A stretch of DNA of 64,000 bases, taken from assembly GCA_002104945.1 (NCBI GenBank), contig MCFH01000068.1, forward strand, positions 62,001 to 126,000, in the 5' to 3' direction. Shown here in pieces: positions 1-11,158 of this stretch. The notes under the pieces are model-generated. The model saw only the letters and a program-made list of their open reading frames with translations, was not told the origin of the DNA and did not search any database. The position numbers were made by a program, and so were the translations under genes. Position 1 is the first letter of the stretch; each line of letters starts with the position of its first letter. The DNA comes from Piromyces finnis finn. Taxonomy: Eukaryota > Fungi > Neocallimastigomycota.

Positions 1-1994
1 GGTTTATATCGAAAGATTTACAAATAGAATTCCAGAATTTAGAGGTGAATTGAGTACCTCTATCCGAAAAAATTTCATTTGGTAATCCGTGGAAACGAAA
101 AACGTTGATCATGAAAGCATCAGCAGTATCGGAGGTAGAAGGAATGTTCTCAAAAGGAATAAAATGACATAATTTAGTTAATCTATCAGTGACAACGAGA
201 ATGCAAGTATACTTTTGAGAAGGTGGAAGATCCGTAATAAAGTCCATAGATACGGAAGACCAAGGACGTTCAGCAATTTCCAAAGGAGAAAGAAATCCAT
301 AAGGTTTTTGTCGAGAGTCCTTTGAACGGCAGCATATTTCACAAGACTTTACATATTCTTTAACATCAACAGAGAGAAAAGGCCACCAAAAGTCACGAAC
401 AATAAGTGAAGTAGTTTTCTTCAGTCCGAAGTGTCCAGCGGAGGGTGAGTCGTGACAAATCTTAAGAACTTCCAAACGACAATCATGAGAGACATAGATC
501 CTATCATTGAATAATAATACACCATCTTGAATTTTAAAGTTTTCGATTTGCGAATGAGGTATTGGTGGAATTTGAGTTTCTAAGTACTTGCATACTTCAA
601 AGTAGAATTTATCATCTTTGCTATTTGAAATGATTTTGTCCATAAGGGGGTTGTTATCTAGAACCAGGGCACAAAAGTTTTCATGTCTAAGAACGGAATT
701 TGGAGAATCATTGGAATCCTTAAAGTTTTCTAAGTAATCTGGTCTTCTGGATAAAGCGTCAGGTTTACCATTAGCAGAACCCGACCGATAGACGATAATG
801 AAGTTAAACTCGGTAAGAAACAGAGACCAACGAACTAATCTTTGGGTCATTTTTTCGGGTTTCTTCTGGTAGAGCAAATTCCTGTGATCCGAGAAAATTT
901 TGAAAGGCTGAGCAGTCCCCTTGAGTAAATGACGCCAATTTTCTAAAGCAGCTACAATTGCTAAAAGTTCTTTATCGTAGATCGGATAGTTCCTTTCAGA
1001 AGAACTAAGCGATCTAGAGAAGAATGCTACAGGGTGAACAGAATTGTCTTTTGGATTCGTTTGGGAAAGGATGGCTCCTATAGCAAAATTACTTGCATCC
1101 GTTTCAACCATGAAAGGTATATCGCGATTCGGGTATGCAAGAACAGGAGAAGAAGCAAACTTAGTTTTGATTATATTGAATGAATTCTCACACTCATGAG
1201 AGAAGCAGAATTTAACATCCTTTTTAAGTAATGCATTAAGTGGTTGTGCAAGATCAGCAAAACCTGCAATGAATCTTCTATAATAATTAGCTAACCCAAG
1301 AAATGCTTGAACTTCTTTAACGTTTCTAGGAGTTGGCCATTCCAGGATAGATGCAATCTTCTTTGGATCCATTAAAATACCATCAGACGATATACGATGA
1401 CCTAAAAAATCGATAAATGGGACAAAAAACTCACATTTTTCAAGTTTTGCATAAAGTCCCGCTTTTCTAAGTCTGTTAAGTACTTCTTTGACTTGCATAA
1501 CATGTGTTTCAAAATTTTCCGAAAAAATAATTAAGTCATCAATATAACTGAAGACAAATACTCCCAAGATTCCATCAAGCACATCATTAATGAAATGTTG
1601 GAATACTGCAGGCGCGTTCTTCAAACCAAACGGCATTACAGTATATTCAAAGTGTCCATATTTGCAAGTAAAAGCAGTTTTGAATTCATCACCTTCTTTT
1701 ATCCTCACAAGATTGTAAGCTGATCTTAAATCAAGTTTGGAGAAGATGTTGCTTTTACCTAAGTGCTCCAACATATCGTTAATTAGTGGTAAAGGGTAGG
1801 AATCACGGACTGTGATTTCATTCAATTTCCTATAATCTTGACAGAGACGTAGTTCATCATTTTTTTTTGGAACAAAGAGCACTGGGGCACCTGCCGGTGA
1901 TTTTGAAGGTCTAATGAAACCTTTTCGCAAATTTTCATCAATATATTCCTTCAATACCATTGATTCTTTATCCGTTAAGGGATAAATTGGTCCA
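1..1994 (-). mobile_element. Ty3/gypsy pol fragment (RT-RNaseH-integrase), runs off the window start; 5' side interrupted by the LTR at 1995
   Basis: Minus-strand translation gives [62 protein letters not shown] and FSDRGTQFTSKFW. No internal ORFs appear in the track, consistent with one frame open to the window edge. Confidence 0.93.
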
Positions 1995-2403
1995 TGTAAA
2001 GAACTAATATTCAATAAATAAAAACACAAATATATAAAAAGGAAAATAATAAAAGCAAATAAAAATTTTATTATTGAACACTTAACAAAATTATAACAGG
2101 TTAGTGTTTAATAATTTTATTTTTATTATAAAATTTTTTGTTAATAAAAACTCGAATTAAAAATAATTTTTTTGAGAAATTTCACTCGTATTTATATAAA
2201 AATTTTTAAAAGTAAATTTATAAAAATTTTACAACTTAATTTTTTTAAGCCAATCAGAAATTATCTTCTTTGGTAAAATTTCGTTATAAAATATTTTAAT
2301 AATTAAAAAAAGATATTAATGAAGTTTCGAACTCGAGTAGTTCAAACCAAGGTCTTAGTTACTAACCACTAAGACAGGTTACTAATTTCTATGATTCGTT
2401 ACA
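1995..2403 (-). repeat. 3' LTR (family LTR-Y), 409 bp
   Basis: TGTAA...TTACA termini; preceded on the minus strand by the purine tract GGAGGAGGACCA; diverged homolog at 54493-54919. Confidence 0.85.
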
Positions 2404-2415
2404 TGGTCCTCCTCC
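2404..2415 (-). other. Polypurine tract
   Basis: Minus strand reads GGAGGAGGACCA immediately before the LTR start TGTAACG. Confidence 0.75.
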
Positions 2416-2622
2416 AGGATTCGGATACCAGACGAATCAACTAAATTTATTTGTTACTTTATTATAAGAGAAATAATTGAAACGAGTGAATACATTTTGA
2501 AAAAAATTTTTTTTTTTTTTTTTTAAATTACATGAATATTAAATTATAAATATATTTTTTCATTTTCTATTCTCTTTTTCTCGTATAAATTACTAATTTT
2601 TTTTTTAATTTAATAACTATTA

Positions 2623-5319
2623 CTAATGTGAATTATTAAAGTTGTTAATTAGTTCATCGCAGTTTAAATTACTTTCAGGTTCCCAAGATGCTTCTGAAAG
2701 CGGATAACCTTTCCATTTTATTAGATATTGAATCTTCCCATAATGCTTTCTTTTATCAAGTATTTCTTCTACTTCGTATTCTTCTTCTTCATTTACTATT
2801 ATAGGTGGAGGTGGATCTTTGATTCTTCCAAAACTATCTTCATAATACGGTTCTAGGTTTGAAACATGAACAATTGGGTAAATCTTCAGCGATTTTGGTA
2901 ATTCTAATTTATAAGTGAGATTAGAGATTTTACTAATTATCCTAAACGGGCCAAGTTTCCTAGGATTAAATTTTTTATTTCCTTTATGAATTATCAAGGA
3001 GCTATCCAACCATACTTTGTCACCAGTCTTGAATGTCGGAGGTTCTTGTCTATACTTGTCGGCGTATTTCTTTTGAACTTGGATAGCCTTCTTTAAGTTT
3101 TCTTTTAGTTTCTCCATTAGGTCTTCAAAGTCTCTTGTAAATTCTTCAGCTCTTGGAACATTCGTTTGGTCAGGAATTACCGGAGAGTATTTTGGGTGAT
3201 AACCATAATTTAGGAAGAATGGTGAGAATTTTGTTGAGTCTTGAACAGCATTATTGTAACTGAATTCTGCCAATGGAAGAAAGTTGATCCAGTTTGTTCC
3301 TTTATAATTAGAAAAGCATCTTAAATATTGTTCAACAACGGAGTTTACCCTCTCCGTTTGGCCATTGGATTGATGATGATATGGTGAAGAATATTTAACA
3401 TTGACGTCCAAAGATTGGCAAATAGATTTCCAAAATTTCGAAGTGAATTGCGCGCCTCTATCGGAAATAATTTCAGAGGAGAGACCGTGAATTTTGAAAA
3501 TATAATTCAAAAAAGCAAAAGCAGTATCAGAAGCAGAAGGAATACCTTTAAAGGGAATGAGGTGGCACATTTTAGTAAGGCGGTCAACTACAACAAGAAT
3601 AGTGTTAAATCCATCCGAAGGAGGGAGGTCAGTAATGAAATCCCAAGGATGGTCACTAATCTCAAGGGGTTGAAGTAAACCATATGGTTTATGACGAGAA
3701 GGCTTGGAGCGGCAACAAATCTCGCAAGATCGGATATAATTCTTAACATCAATAGAAATGGATGGCCACCAAAAGTCACGAGAGATCAAAGAAATAGTTT
3801 TGCGGATACCAAAATGACCGGCAGAGGGGGAATCATGACAGAGTTTCAAAACGGAGGGACGGCATTTTAAAGGGACATAGATTCTATTATCAAAAAGAAG
3901 AAAACTATTACTAAGAGAGAATTTATTACTTTGTGGATGTGGAGCTGGGAGATTCTTATTTTCAAGAAAATTGCAAATGTCAATGTAAAAAGAGTCGTTC
4001 ACATATTCAGATAATATTTCATCATTAAGAGAAGAAATGGAACAAATCAAAGCGCAGAAATTCTCAGGGCGTAAAACCGAAAAAGGAGCATCAGAAGGAA
4101 GAGAGGAATCTATATAATCAGGTCTTCGTGAAAGCGCATCAGGTTTACCATTTGATGAACCAGAGCGGTAGAGAATTTTAAAGTTAAATTCGGAAAGGAA
4201 AAGGGCCCAACGAACGAGACGTTGTGACATTTTTTCCGGTTTCTTTTGATATAGTAAGTTTCGATGATCTGAATAAATAGTAAACGGGGTTAAAGCACCT
4301 TTGAGAAAATGTCGCCAAGTTTCAAGAGCATTAACAATAGCTAAAAGTTCTTTATCGTATATAGGATAGTTTCTTTCAGCGGAAGTAAGAGATCTTGAAT
4401 AGAAAGCGACAGGATGGATCATTTTATCATCAGGAGATTTTTGAGACAGAACTGCTCCTATAGCAAAGTTGCTAGAGTCGGTTTCAACAATAAAGGGAAG
4501 ATCACGATTTGGATGAGACAGGATGGGAGCAGATGAAATTAATGATTTAATGGTATTAAATGCATCAAGAACTTCAGAGGAAAAATTAAATTTAACGTTT
4601 TTACGAAGTAGTCTGTGAAGGGGTTGTGCAACTTTGGCAAAATTAGGAATAAACCGACTATAGTAGTTGGCTAGGCCAATAAAAGATTGAACTTCCTTGA
4701 CACTGGACGGAACTGGCCAATTAATAATAGCAGAAACTTTATTGGGGTCCATATGTACACCTTCAGAGGATATCCGATGACCAAGGAAATCAATAGAGAA
4801 AACAAAGAATTCACACTTTTCAAGCTTAGCATAAAGACCAGCATTTCTTAAGCGATCCAGGACTTCGATAACGTGCTTAATGTGGGATTTATGGTTTTCA
4901 GAAAAAATAATTAAATCGTCAATATATGAATAAACAAAAATCCCTAGAATATTTTCCAGAACATCATTGATAAAATGCTGAAAAACAGCCGGGGCGTTTT
5001 TCAGTCCGAATGGCATTACCAGGTATTCAAAGTGGCCGAATTTGCAGGTGAAAGCTGTTTTATATTCATCACCCTTTTTGATTCGGACCAAGTTATATGC
5101 TGATCGTAAATCCAGTTTTGAGAAGATTTTCGCTTTACCAAGATGCTCTAGCATATCTTGAATCAGAGGTAGAGGATAGGAATCTCTAATGGTAATTTTG
5201 TTGAGTTCCCTATAATCTTGATAAAGACGGAGTTCACCATTCTTTTTTAGGAACGAAAAGTACAGGCGCACCAGCAGGAGATTTGGATTTCCTAATGAAA
5301 CCCTTTTTGAGGTTTTCAT
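2623..5319 (-). CDS. Gypsy pol (RT, RNase H, integrase, chromodomain); real pol frame begins about 5243
   Basis: [27 protein letters not shown]...CEIC zinc finger, SDRGAQFTS, and chromodomain YEVEEILDKR...YLIKWKGY...WEPESNL. Confidence 0.95.
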   Translation of the reverse strand: MKTSKRVSLGNPNLLLVRLYFSFLKKNGELRLYQDYRELNKITIRDSYPLPLIQDMLEHLGKAKIFSKLDLRSAYNLVRIKKGDEYKTAFTCKFGHFEYLVMPFGLKNAPAVFQHFINDVLENILGIFVYSYIDDLIIFSENHKSHIKHVIEVLDRLRNAGLYAKLEKCEFFVFSIDFLGHRISSEGVHMDPNKVSAIINWPVPSSVKEVQSFIGLANYYSRFIPNFAKVAQPLHRLLRKNVKFNFSSEVLDAFNTIKSLISSAPILSHPNRDLPFIVETDSSNFAIGAVLSQKSPDDKMIHPVAFYSRSLTSAERNYPIYDKELLAIVNALETWRHFLKGALTPFTIYSDHRNLLYQKKPEKMSQRLVRWALFLSEFNFKILYRSGSSNGKPDALSRRPDYIDSSLPSDAPFSVLRPENFCALICSISSLNDEILSEYVNDSFYIDICNFLENKNLPAPHPQSNKFSLSNSFLLFDNRIYVPLKCRPSVLKLCHDSPSAGHFGIRKTISLISRDFWWPSISIDVKNYIRSCEICCRSKPSRHKPYGLLQPLEISDHPWDFITDLPPSDGFNTILVVVDRLTKMCHLIPFKGIPSASDTAFAFLNYIFKIHGLSSEIISDRGAQFTSKFWKSICQSLDVNVKYSSPYHHQSNGQTERVNSVVEQYLRCFSNYKGTNWINFLPLAEFSYNNAVQDSTKFSPFFLNYGYHPKYSPVIPDQTNVPRAEEFTRDFEDLMEKLKENLKKAIQVQKKYADKYRQEPPTFKTGDKVWLDSSLIIHKGNKKFNPRKLGPFRIISKISNLTYKLELPKSLKIYPIVHVSNLEPYYEDSFGRIKDPPPPIIVNEEEEYEVEEILDKRKHYGKIQYLIKWKGYPLSEASWEPESNLNCDELINNFNNSH

Positions 5320-6973
5320 CGATATAATCCTTCAAAACTCTTGTTTCTTCGTCTGTTAGTGGGTAGATTGGTCCATAAAATAGCTTGGCATTTTCGATTA
5401 GGTTTATTTGGCAATCATAAGGACGATGAGGTGGTAATTGATCAGCAGAAGATTCGCTAAAGACGTCCATATATGATTCTAATTCCTTCGGAAGTTTAGT
5501 AATAGGATTTGAGTCTTTAAGAGAGTATTTTGGTGAACAAGAATCAACTTTAGAAAGAGATATATTAGAAGCCATGACAGTACAAGTCTCTTGTGATAAA
5601 GGATCGTTAACAGATTCATTGTTAATTAAGACGGATTTAGAACGATTTTCTTTGGGATTACGAGAATGAGATAACTTAGAATTTGAAAAAGAAGATTTAG
5701 GTTTGTCAATAAAAATAGGCAAAGAAACGGAAGAAGAGTTATTGCAATCAGTAGAAAAAACAGAAGTTTCCTGATGGAATTCGGGAACATTCGAAGGGAG
5801 AGTCATACAATGATCCAAGCAATATGAAGAACCAAAAGATAATTTATTATTTTCAAAGTCAATACTTGGATTATGTTCCTTAAGCCAACGTAGACCTAGA
5901 ATACAAGGATATACAGGTAGATCAGTAACGTAAAAGACAGTACGGCATAGGTGATCCATGTAGCGAAGATTAAGAGGTGGAGTAGCTCCGAACAGTTTTT
6001 GGCTACCACCAATACCGAATACGTTGGGTAAATCTTCTTCATAGTGGTAGGGAATATTGTGATCGTTGCAATAGTCGACATCTATTAGATTAAGTGTAGA
6101 AACGGAGTCTATAAGAATTTTTGTGTCTAGTTCAAACGATAATTTAAAATCTGAGGTTACCCTATCTTGTTGCTTTTTCTTGGAATTGGTAGAATTATTT
6201 TGTAGAGAAACTAAAGATTCGAATGCTGAGTTTTTATTTCTTCTCTTATGACAATCTTTCAGTTGGTGTCCTGGAGATCCACAATAGACACATAAGTTTT
6301 CCTTACTTCTTCTTTCTTTTTCTTCCTTGGATAACGGACCAAAGTATCTTTTCTTCTTGGGATGTTCTTTTAGATTTGTGGAAGCCTTTCTGGAGCCATT
6401 GCTGGAATTAGAACTTGGTCCCTTAGAATTTTTGTCAAAAAATAATCCCCTGGTAGCAAGTCTGGAGTCTATTCTAGCTGCAATAGTTTGGAGGGAAAAC
6501 AAATCTCTTGGTCCTGGGAACATCTCTAATATCTTCATTGCAACTTCTTGGTTGAGCCCAGCGATAAAAGCATCCATCTTAGCCTCTTCATTCCAGTTAG
6601 ATTCATCAGAGTATTTGTTAAATTCAAGGATGTATCCTCTGATGCCGCCCAAACGATGTTGCTTGAGAGTACGTAGCATTTGATTGGCTACGTAGACTGC
6701 ATCATTGTTCCCATAGAACGCCTTTAGTCTTTCCTTGAATGCTTGGTAGTTGGTCAGACATGGATCATGGTTGTCAATAAGCGTAGCGGCCCAATTTAAT
6801 GCATTTCCATAAAGGCGAGAAATCAAGTAGATAACCTTGCTCTCTTCATCTTGATATCTTTCGGGATAAAGGAGAAAAACAAGTTCTATTTTGGCTAAGA
6901 AACCTTTGAGATATTTTCTGTCTCCTGCGAAACCGTCTTTTAGTGAGGCGTTATCAAATATTTGTCCTTCCAT
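5234..6973 (-). CDS. Gypsy gag-protease-RT start; a 1-nt shift in an A-run separates it from pol
   Basis: Retrotransposon gag, CCHC knuckle CVYCGSPGHQLKDC, protease motif LIDSVS (DSG altered), LPPHRPYDC...GPIYPL...[13 protein letters not shown]. Confidence 0.93.
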   Translation of the reverse strand: MEGQIFDNASLKDGFAGDRKYLKGFLAKIELVFLLYPERYQDEESKVIYLISRLYGNALNWAATLIDNHDPCLTNYQAFKERLKAFYGNNDAVYVANQMLRTLKQHRLGGIRGYILEFNKYSDESNWNEEAKMDAFIAGLNQEVAMKILEMFPGPRDLFSLQTIAARIDSRLATRGLFFDKNSKGPSSNSSNGSRKASTNLKEHPKKKRYFGPLSKEEKERRSKENLCVYCGSPGHQLKDCHKRRNKNSAFESLVSLQNNSTNSKKKQQDRVTSDFKLSFELDTKILIDSVSTLNLIDVDYCNDHNIPYHYEEDLPNVFGIGGSQKLFGATPPLNLRYMDHLCRTVFYVTDLPVYPCILGLRWLKEHNPSIDFENNKLSFGSSYCLDHCMTLPSNVPEFHQETSVFSTDCNNSSSVSLPIFIDKPKSSFSNSKLSHSRNPKENRSKSVLINNESVNDPLSQETCTVMASNISLSKVDSCSPKYSLKDSNPITKLPKELESYMDVFSESSADQLPPHRPYDCQINLIENAKLFYGPIYPLTDEETRVLKDYIDENLKKGFIRKSKSPAGAPVLFVPKKEW

Positions 6974-7248
6974 TAAAATTAAAAAATATAATTGTTTGAA
7001 AATAAAAATTATGTAAATTAAGATAAAGTTATGTTTGAAGAAATTAAGAAAGAGAAAAAAAAATTAAATCTTTATTATTATTTATTGATTAAAATATTTT
7101 ATATAAAGACAAAGAGTCAAATTTAATAGTATTGGACCATCAAATATTTAATTTTATTAGTATTCAATACTAGGTCCCTTGTAGCTTTTTGTTGATAACG
7201 TAGATATTATCAATTGTTAATATTGGAAATGAAAATTTTCAATAAAAG

Positions 7249-7865
7249 TGTAAAGATATCAAACGCCACAGATTGATATCTTTAATGTAACTTAAGCCAT
7301 AAATATTATTGTTTAAGTTACACGAATTATATTACAGAAAAAGAAAATGGGACATAATTTATTTATTAATAATTAAAGTTTAAAACAAAATAAATTATTA
7401 ATTTATTTTTAATGTTTAACAAGTAAATTAAAATTCTCAATTCAAACCCCTAGTTTTAGTATTGTTTTGTAATAGAAATAGACATCTAGTATATAATTAT
7501 TAAATGTTTAATATATCAATAATACATGGGAACATATTCAAATTGAATAGTACTTAATTTGAATTACCAATTGCATTTTGCTAAAAATAGTTAGAGTTTA
7601 AATATTTATTAATAATTAAGATTTTAGTGTAGATTTTAAATAATAATATATAAGAAATAAATAGTTATAATATAATATAAATGTATTTAGGAAAAATATA
7701 AATAGAAGATATTTTTCATCATTTTATCGATGTAATTGTTATTAATAAAATTTCTATTATAATAAAAAATATTTTTTAACAAAACAATTTATTTTTATTT
7801 AATTTTTTGGTGTTATTGTAATAGAATAGATATCCTAATCTATTCTTTCGGTTTTAAACATTACA
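7249..7865 (+). repeat. Solo LTR (family LTR-U) with 5-bp TSD AAAAG
   Basis: TGTAA...TTACA termini; AAAAG at 7244-7248 and 7866-7870; homologs at 42297-42907 (inverted) and 50778-51397. Confidence 0.92.
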
Positions 7866-8063
7866 AAAAGGAATTAACGGTATTAGTTTCTTTATTGTCA
7901 CTTACTTAATTAAGCGGAAAGAAAAAAATAGGTTTAATTCCCCGATTATTAATAATATCTAAACAACAAAGTATTACGTATAGGTGTCCAACTATCCACG
8001 CTAAGGGAGTTATTGAATCCTAACTTCTTTGTTATTTTATTATATTTTTCAAAAAATAATAAA

Positions 8064-8183
8064 TAAAATTTCGTTATAAAATATTTTAATAATTAAAAAA
8101 AGATATTAATGAGGTTTCGAACTCGAGTAGTTCAAACCAAGGTCTTAGTTACTAACCACTAAGACAGGTTATTAATTTCTATG
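8064..8183 (-). repeat. Partial 5' LTR-Y (U3 end), interrupted by later LTR insertions
   Basis: Near-identical to 2274-2393; continues as ATTCG at 8684-8688 after the LTR-Z insertion. Confidence 0.82.
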
Positions 8184-8678
8184 TGTAAGAAATATCTGTG
8201 GCCATAAGTTTGCCCACAAATATTTCAATTGAAACCATATATTCTGGTTAACATTTATTGGCCAGAAATATGCATAACCATATATTAATGGTTATTAAAT
8301 AAATAAAAAGTTTATTTACTTCACCCAATCAAGTGGTTTAGTAAATAAACTATTATAGTTAAATAGTATAGTATAAACTAACGTTAAATACTTTAGCGTT
8401 AGTATTAAAGTAAATTAATAGCTATAATAATAATCAATGTATATAATTATAATTAATAAATAAAAGATAATAATTATAATAATTATTTAAGTAAATAATA
8501 TTTCATATTAATATTTATTTGTTTTATATTTATTTTTGTGTTATAATATTTATTTTTGTTCTTTTATTATTTTTTATAAAACTTTATTTAGTTATTAACT
8601 CGTATAGAGAGGTAATAACTAACTTAATTAACTTGTTATATTTAACCTATTAACTAAAATATATAAAAACCTTTTACA
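8184..8678 (+). repeat. Solo LTR (family LTR-Z) with 5-bp TSD CTATG
   Basis: TGTAA...TTACA termini; CTATG at 8179-8183 and 8679-8683; homolog at 34714-35209 follows a gypsy integrase and PPT. Confidence 0.93.
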
Positions 8679-8688
8679 CTATGATTCG

Positions 8689-9390
8689 TGTTAAGGAACC
8701 AACAAATAATGTTATTTTTGTCATAATTAATGATTATGACCTAATCCATTATTGTTCCTAAATGTATGAAAACTTTACAATATTCTAATTTGTAAATTAA
8801 TGTATACATGAAAATTATATTTAAATTTATTAATGATTATTTTATTAAACTTAAATTTTATTTTATTAAACTTAAAAATTAATTTAGTAATAATAATATA
8901 TTGGAAATTATAGTTTATTGAACTTTTAGTTTAATTTATCAAGTTAATGAATTTTTATTAATTAAAATTATGAATAATATTTCTGTAAAATAGTAAAATT
9001 CTTTAGTTAAATATATGTGAAGTAAACTTTTAATGTATGTTAATCAATTCAATAATATGTATAATTATTTATTATAATAGTAATGTAATTTTATTATTAA
9101 TTTAAAAGTAATTTAAATACAAAATTTAATGTAATAATTAAAGTCTAATTCTTTTAATTAACACTACTTAAATTTCTACAAAAAGTATAAAAAGGTGTAT
9201 ATTATAAGAATTAGAAGACAGAGATAATTTTATTTTTATTTTTATTTTTGTAATTCTATATTCTTAATATTTTAATAAAACAAACTTATTAATAAAACAA
9301 TTTTTTCTTATTTAATTTTAATATTATTTTTGAGTATTGATAAATTTATTAATATTTTATAAATAAAACTAAATTCCTCGAACCATAACA
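8689..9390 (+). repeat. Solo LTR (family LTR-X), apparent 4-bp TSD TTCG
   Basis: TGTTA...TAACA termini; TTCG at 8685-8688 and 9391-9394; close homolog at 54920-55628. Confidence 0.85.
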
Positions 9391-9394
9391 TTCG

Positions 9395-9446
9395 TGTTAA
9401 GGAACCAACAAATAATGTTATTTTTGTCATAATTAATGATTATGAC
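9395..9446 (+). repeat. Second LTR-X 5' end (52 bp), truncated by LTR-W
   Basis: Identical to 8689-8740. Confidence 0.8.
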
Positions 9447-10569
9447 TGTCACGAATACTAGTGAAATTACGATTTCAAGATCACTTGGAATTGTGAAATC
9501 ACTTATGAAATTTCAAAATCAACAAATATTTTATTTTCAAATAAATTATAAAATTTTATTAAGAAATATTTAAAAATTTAGTAAAGGTTAAAATATGACC
9601 TTAACCCTTAATAATTTTTATAATAAATAACTTTAACCCTTATCGTTAAAATGGAATAAGGAAAAACACGCGTATCTCCTCAACGAATGACGATTTTTGA
9701 ATAATAATATTTTTGATGAAACTACGTTTATTAGAAAGCCACGCTCGAGACAAACAACATATCTTAAAATCAGGTCAATATCTCTGCTGGTTCACGAGAT
9801 ATTCCAATTTAAAGATATTTTGTTAGCAATGATTAATTGTTTATTCAGAGAATGATCACCCCTGATGTATCAAACATAAATCATTCACTCAAAATATAAA
9901 AATTATTGTTTAATTGAATTAAAATTATTTTCCGGAACTAATTAACTTTATTTTATAATAATTATTTCAACAACATAATTTATAATCTTTGAACTAGAAG
10001 ATTATAATTATTAATATTATATTCAATGAATTATATTATAATTAAGAAATAATTAATATTATGAATATTATAAACAATAGTTATTTTTTAATAATTAGGA
10101 ATAAGTCTTAAGTTTAGTTTAAGTATTATAAAATATATTATGAATATAATCATGTATTGAAAAGTTATTTTATTATTAAATGTAAAATTACAAATAGTAT
10201 AAATAGTTTAGAATAGTTATGAAATTAAAATCTTTGTAAAGATTATTAACTATAAATTATTAACTAAAGATTATTAACTATAAATTATTAACTATAGATT
10301 ATTAACTAGAAATTATTAACCATTAATAATAATTAATACTTAATGAGTATTACTACTAAATAATCTTATTATTATATATTTTAGCAATATATTATTAAAT
10401 AAAATAAAAGAAATTATTTTAACCATAATATATACTTTAATTATTCATTTATATAAATCAATTAAGATTATTTTAATAAAACATTTTTTTTTCTAACCTA
10501 GTTATCTTTTAACCTTTTATTTAATTTAATATTTTAATATTAAATTATAAGTTTAGTAAAACTTTTACA
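9447..10569. repeat. LTR-like repeat (family LTR-W), about 1.1 kb
   Basis: TGTCACGAATACT...ACTTTTACA; homologs at 35330-36365 and, inverted, 60495-61530; no TSD found. Confidence 0.8.
10241..10320. repeat. 14-bp minisatellite, about 6 units, inside LTR-W
   Basis: Unit (G/A)ATTATTAACTA(T/A/G)A; absent from the 35330 and 60495 copies. Confidence 0.8.
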
Positions 10570-10574
10570 CACGA

Positions 10575-11158
10575 TGTAATGAATATTAGTGGATTCATGA
10601 TAATTTATTTAAATAATTTTTTATTCATTTAATTAACAAGAAATAATATTTTATAAAAACATTATTTAATAATAACTTTAGAGATATTTATTAATTATAA
10701 TTATTAAGATTTTATATTTATTAAAGTTTAAATAATATCTCTTTATTCATTTGATGTGGAAGGGAATTTAAATAAATGGAATAGTTAGTCATTCCTCCCT
10801 CAAATGATTAAAATGACTTAAGCACGTAATAAAGATAAGTCATAGGCTTAAAGTCATTATGTAAATATTTAATATATTTAATTTAGAGAATAGTTAATTA
10901 TATTAAAATTTAAATCATGTATTTTATAATTAATGTAACTTTATTAAATAGAATAATTATTTATTAATTAATTTAAAAATTATAAATACTCGAAATTAAT
11001 TCAACAATTTAATTTTTCGAGAAATCATTAAGCTTTATAACTCTACTTAATGATTAATAAAATATTTGATTAATAAAATGTATTAATAAATTTATTAATA
11101 AATAAAAGTATTCTAATAAAACATAATTTATATTAATTTAATAAGTAGGGTTAGGACA
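10575..11158 (+). repeat. Possible LTR
   Basis: Starts TGTAATG, ends GGACA and is followed by the same TTCTGACC motif seen after LTR-V; no second copy in the window. Confidence 0.35.

Larger units (their letters stand above)
1995..8688 (-). mobile_element. Near-intact Ty3/gypsy chromovirus (gag-PR-RT-RH-IN-chromodomain) with a complete 3' LTR and a partial 5' LTR
   Basis: ORFs 5234-6973 and 2623-5319; PPT at 2404-2415; 3' LTR 1995-2403; 8064-8183 plus 8684-8688 repeats 2274-2398 almost exactly. Confidence 0.88.

Noticed and set aside
2341-2400. Helitron 3' end (hairpin GTCTTAGT/ACTAAGAC, then CTAT or CTAG)
   Set aside because: The repeat continues past CTRR to a TTACA terminus with an adjacent PPT, so it is part of an LTR.
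8111-8183. True tRNA gene or standalone SINE
   Set aside because: No acceptor stem or complete cloverleaf; it lies within LTR-Y. Kept only as a Pol III-like motif.
10241-10320. CRISPR-like array
   Set aside because: 14-bp tandem units with no unique spacers; a minisatellite within an LTR.
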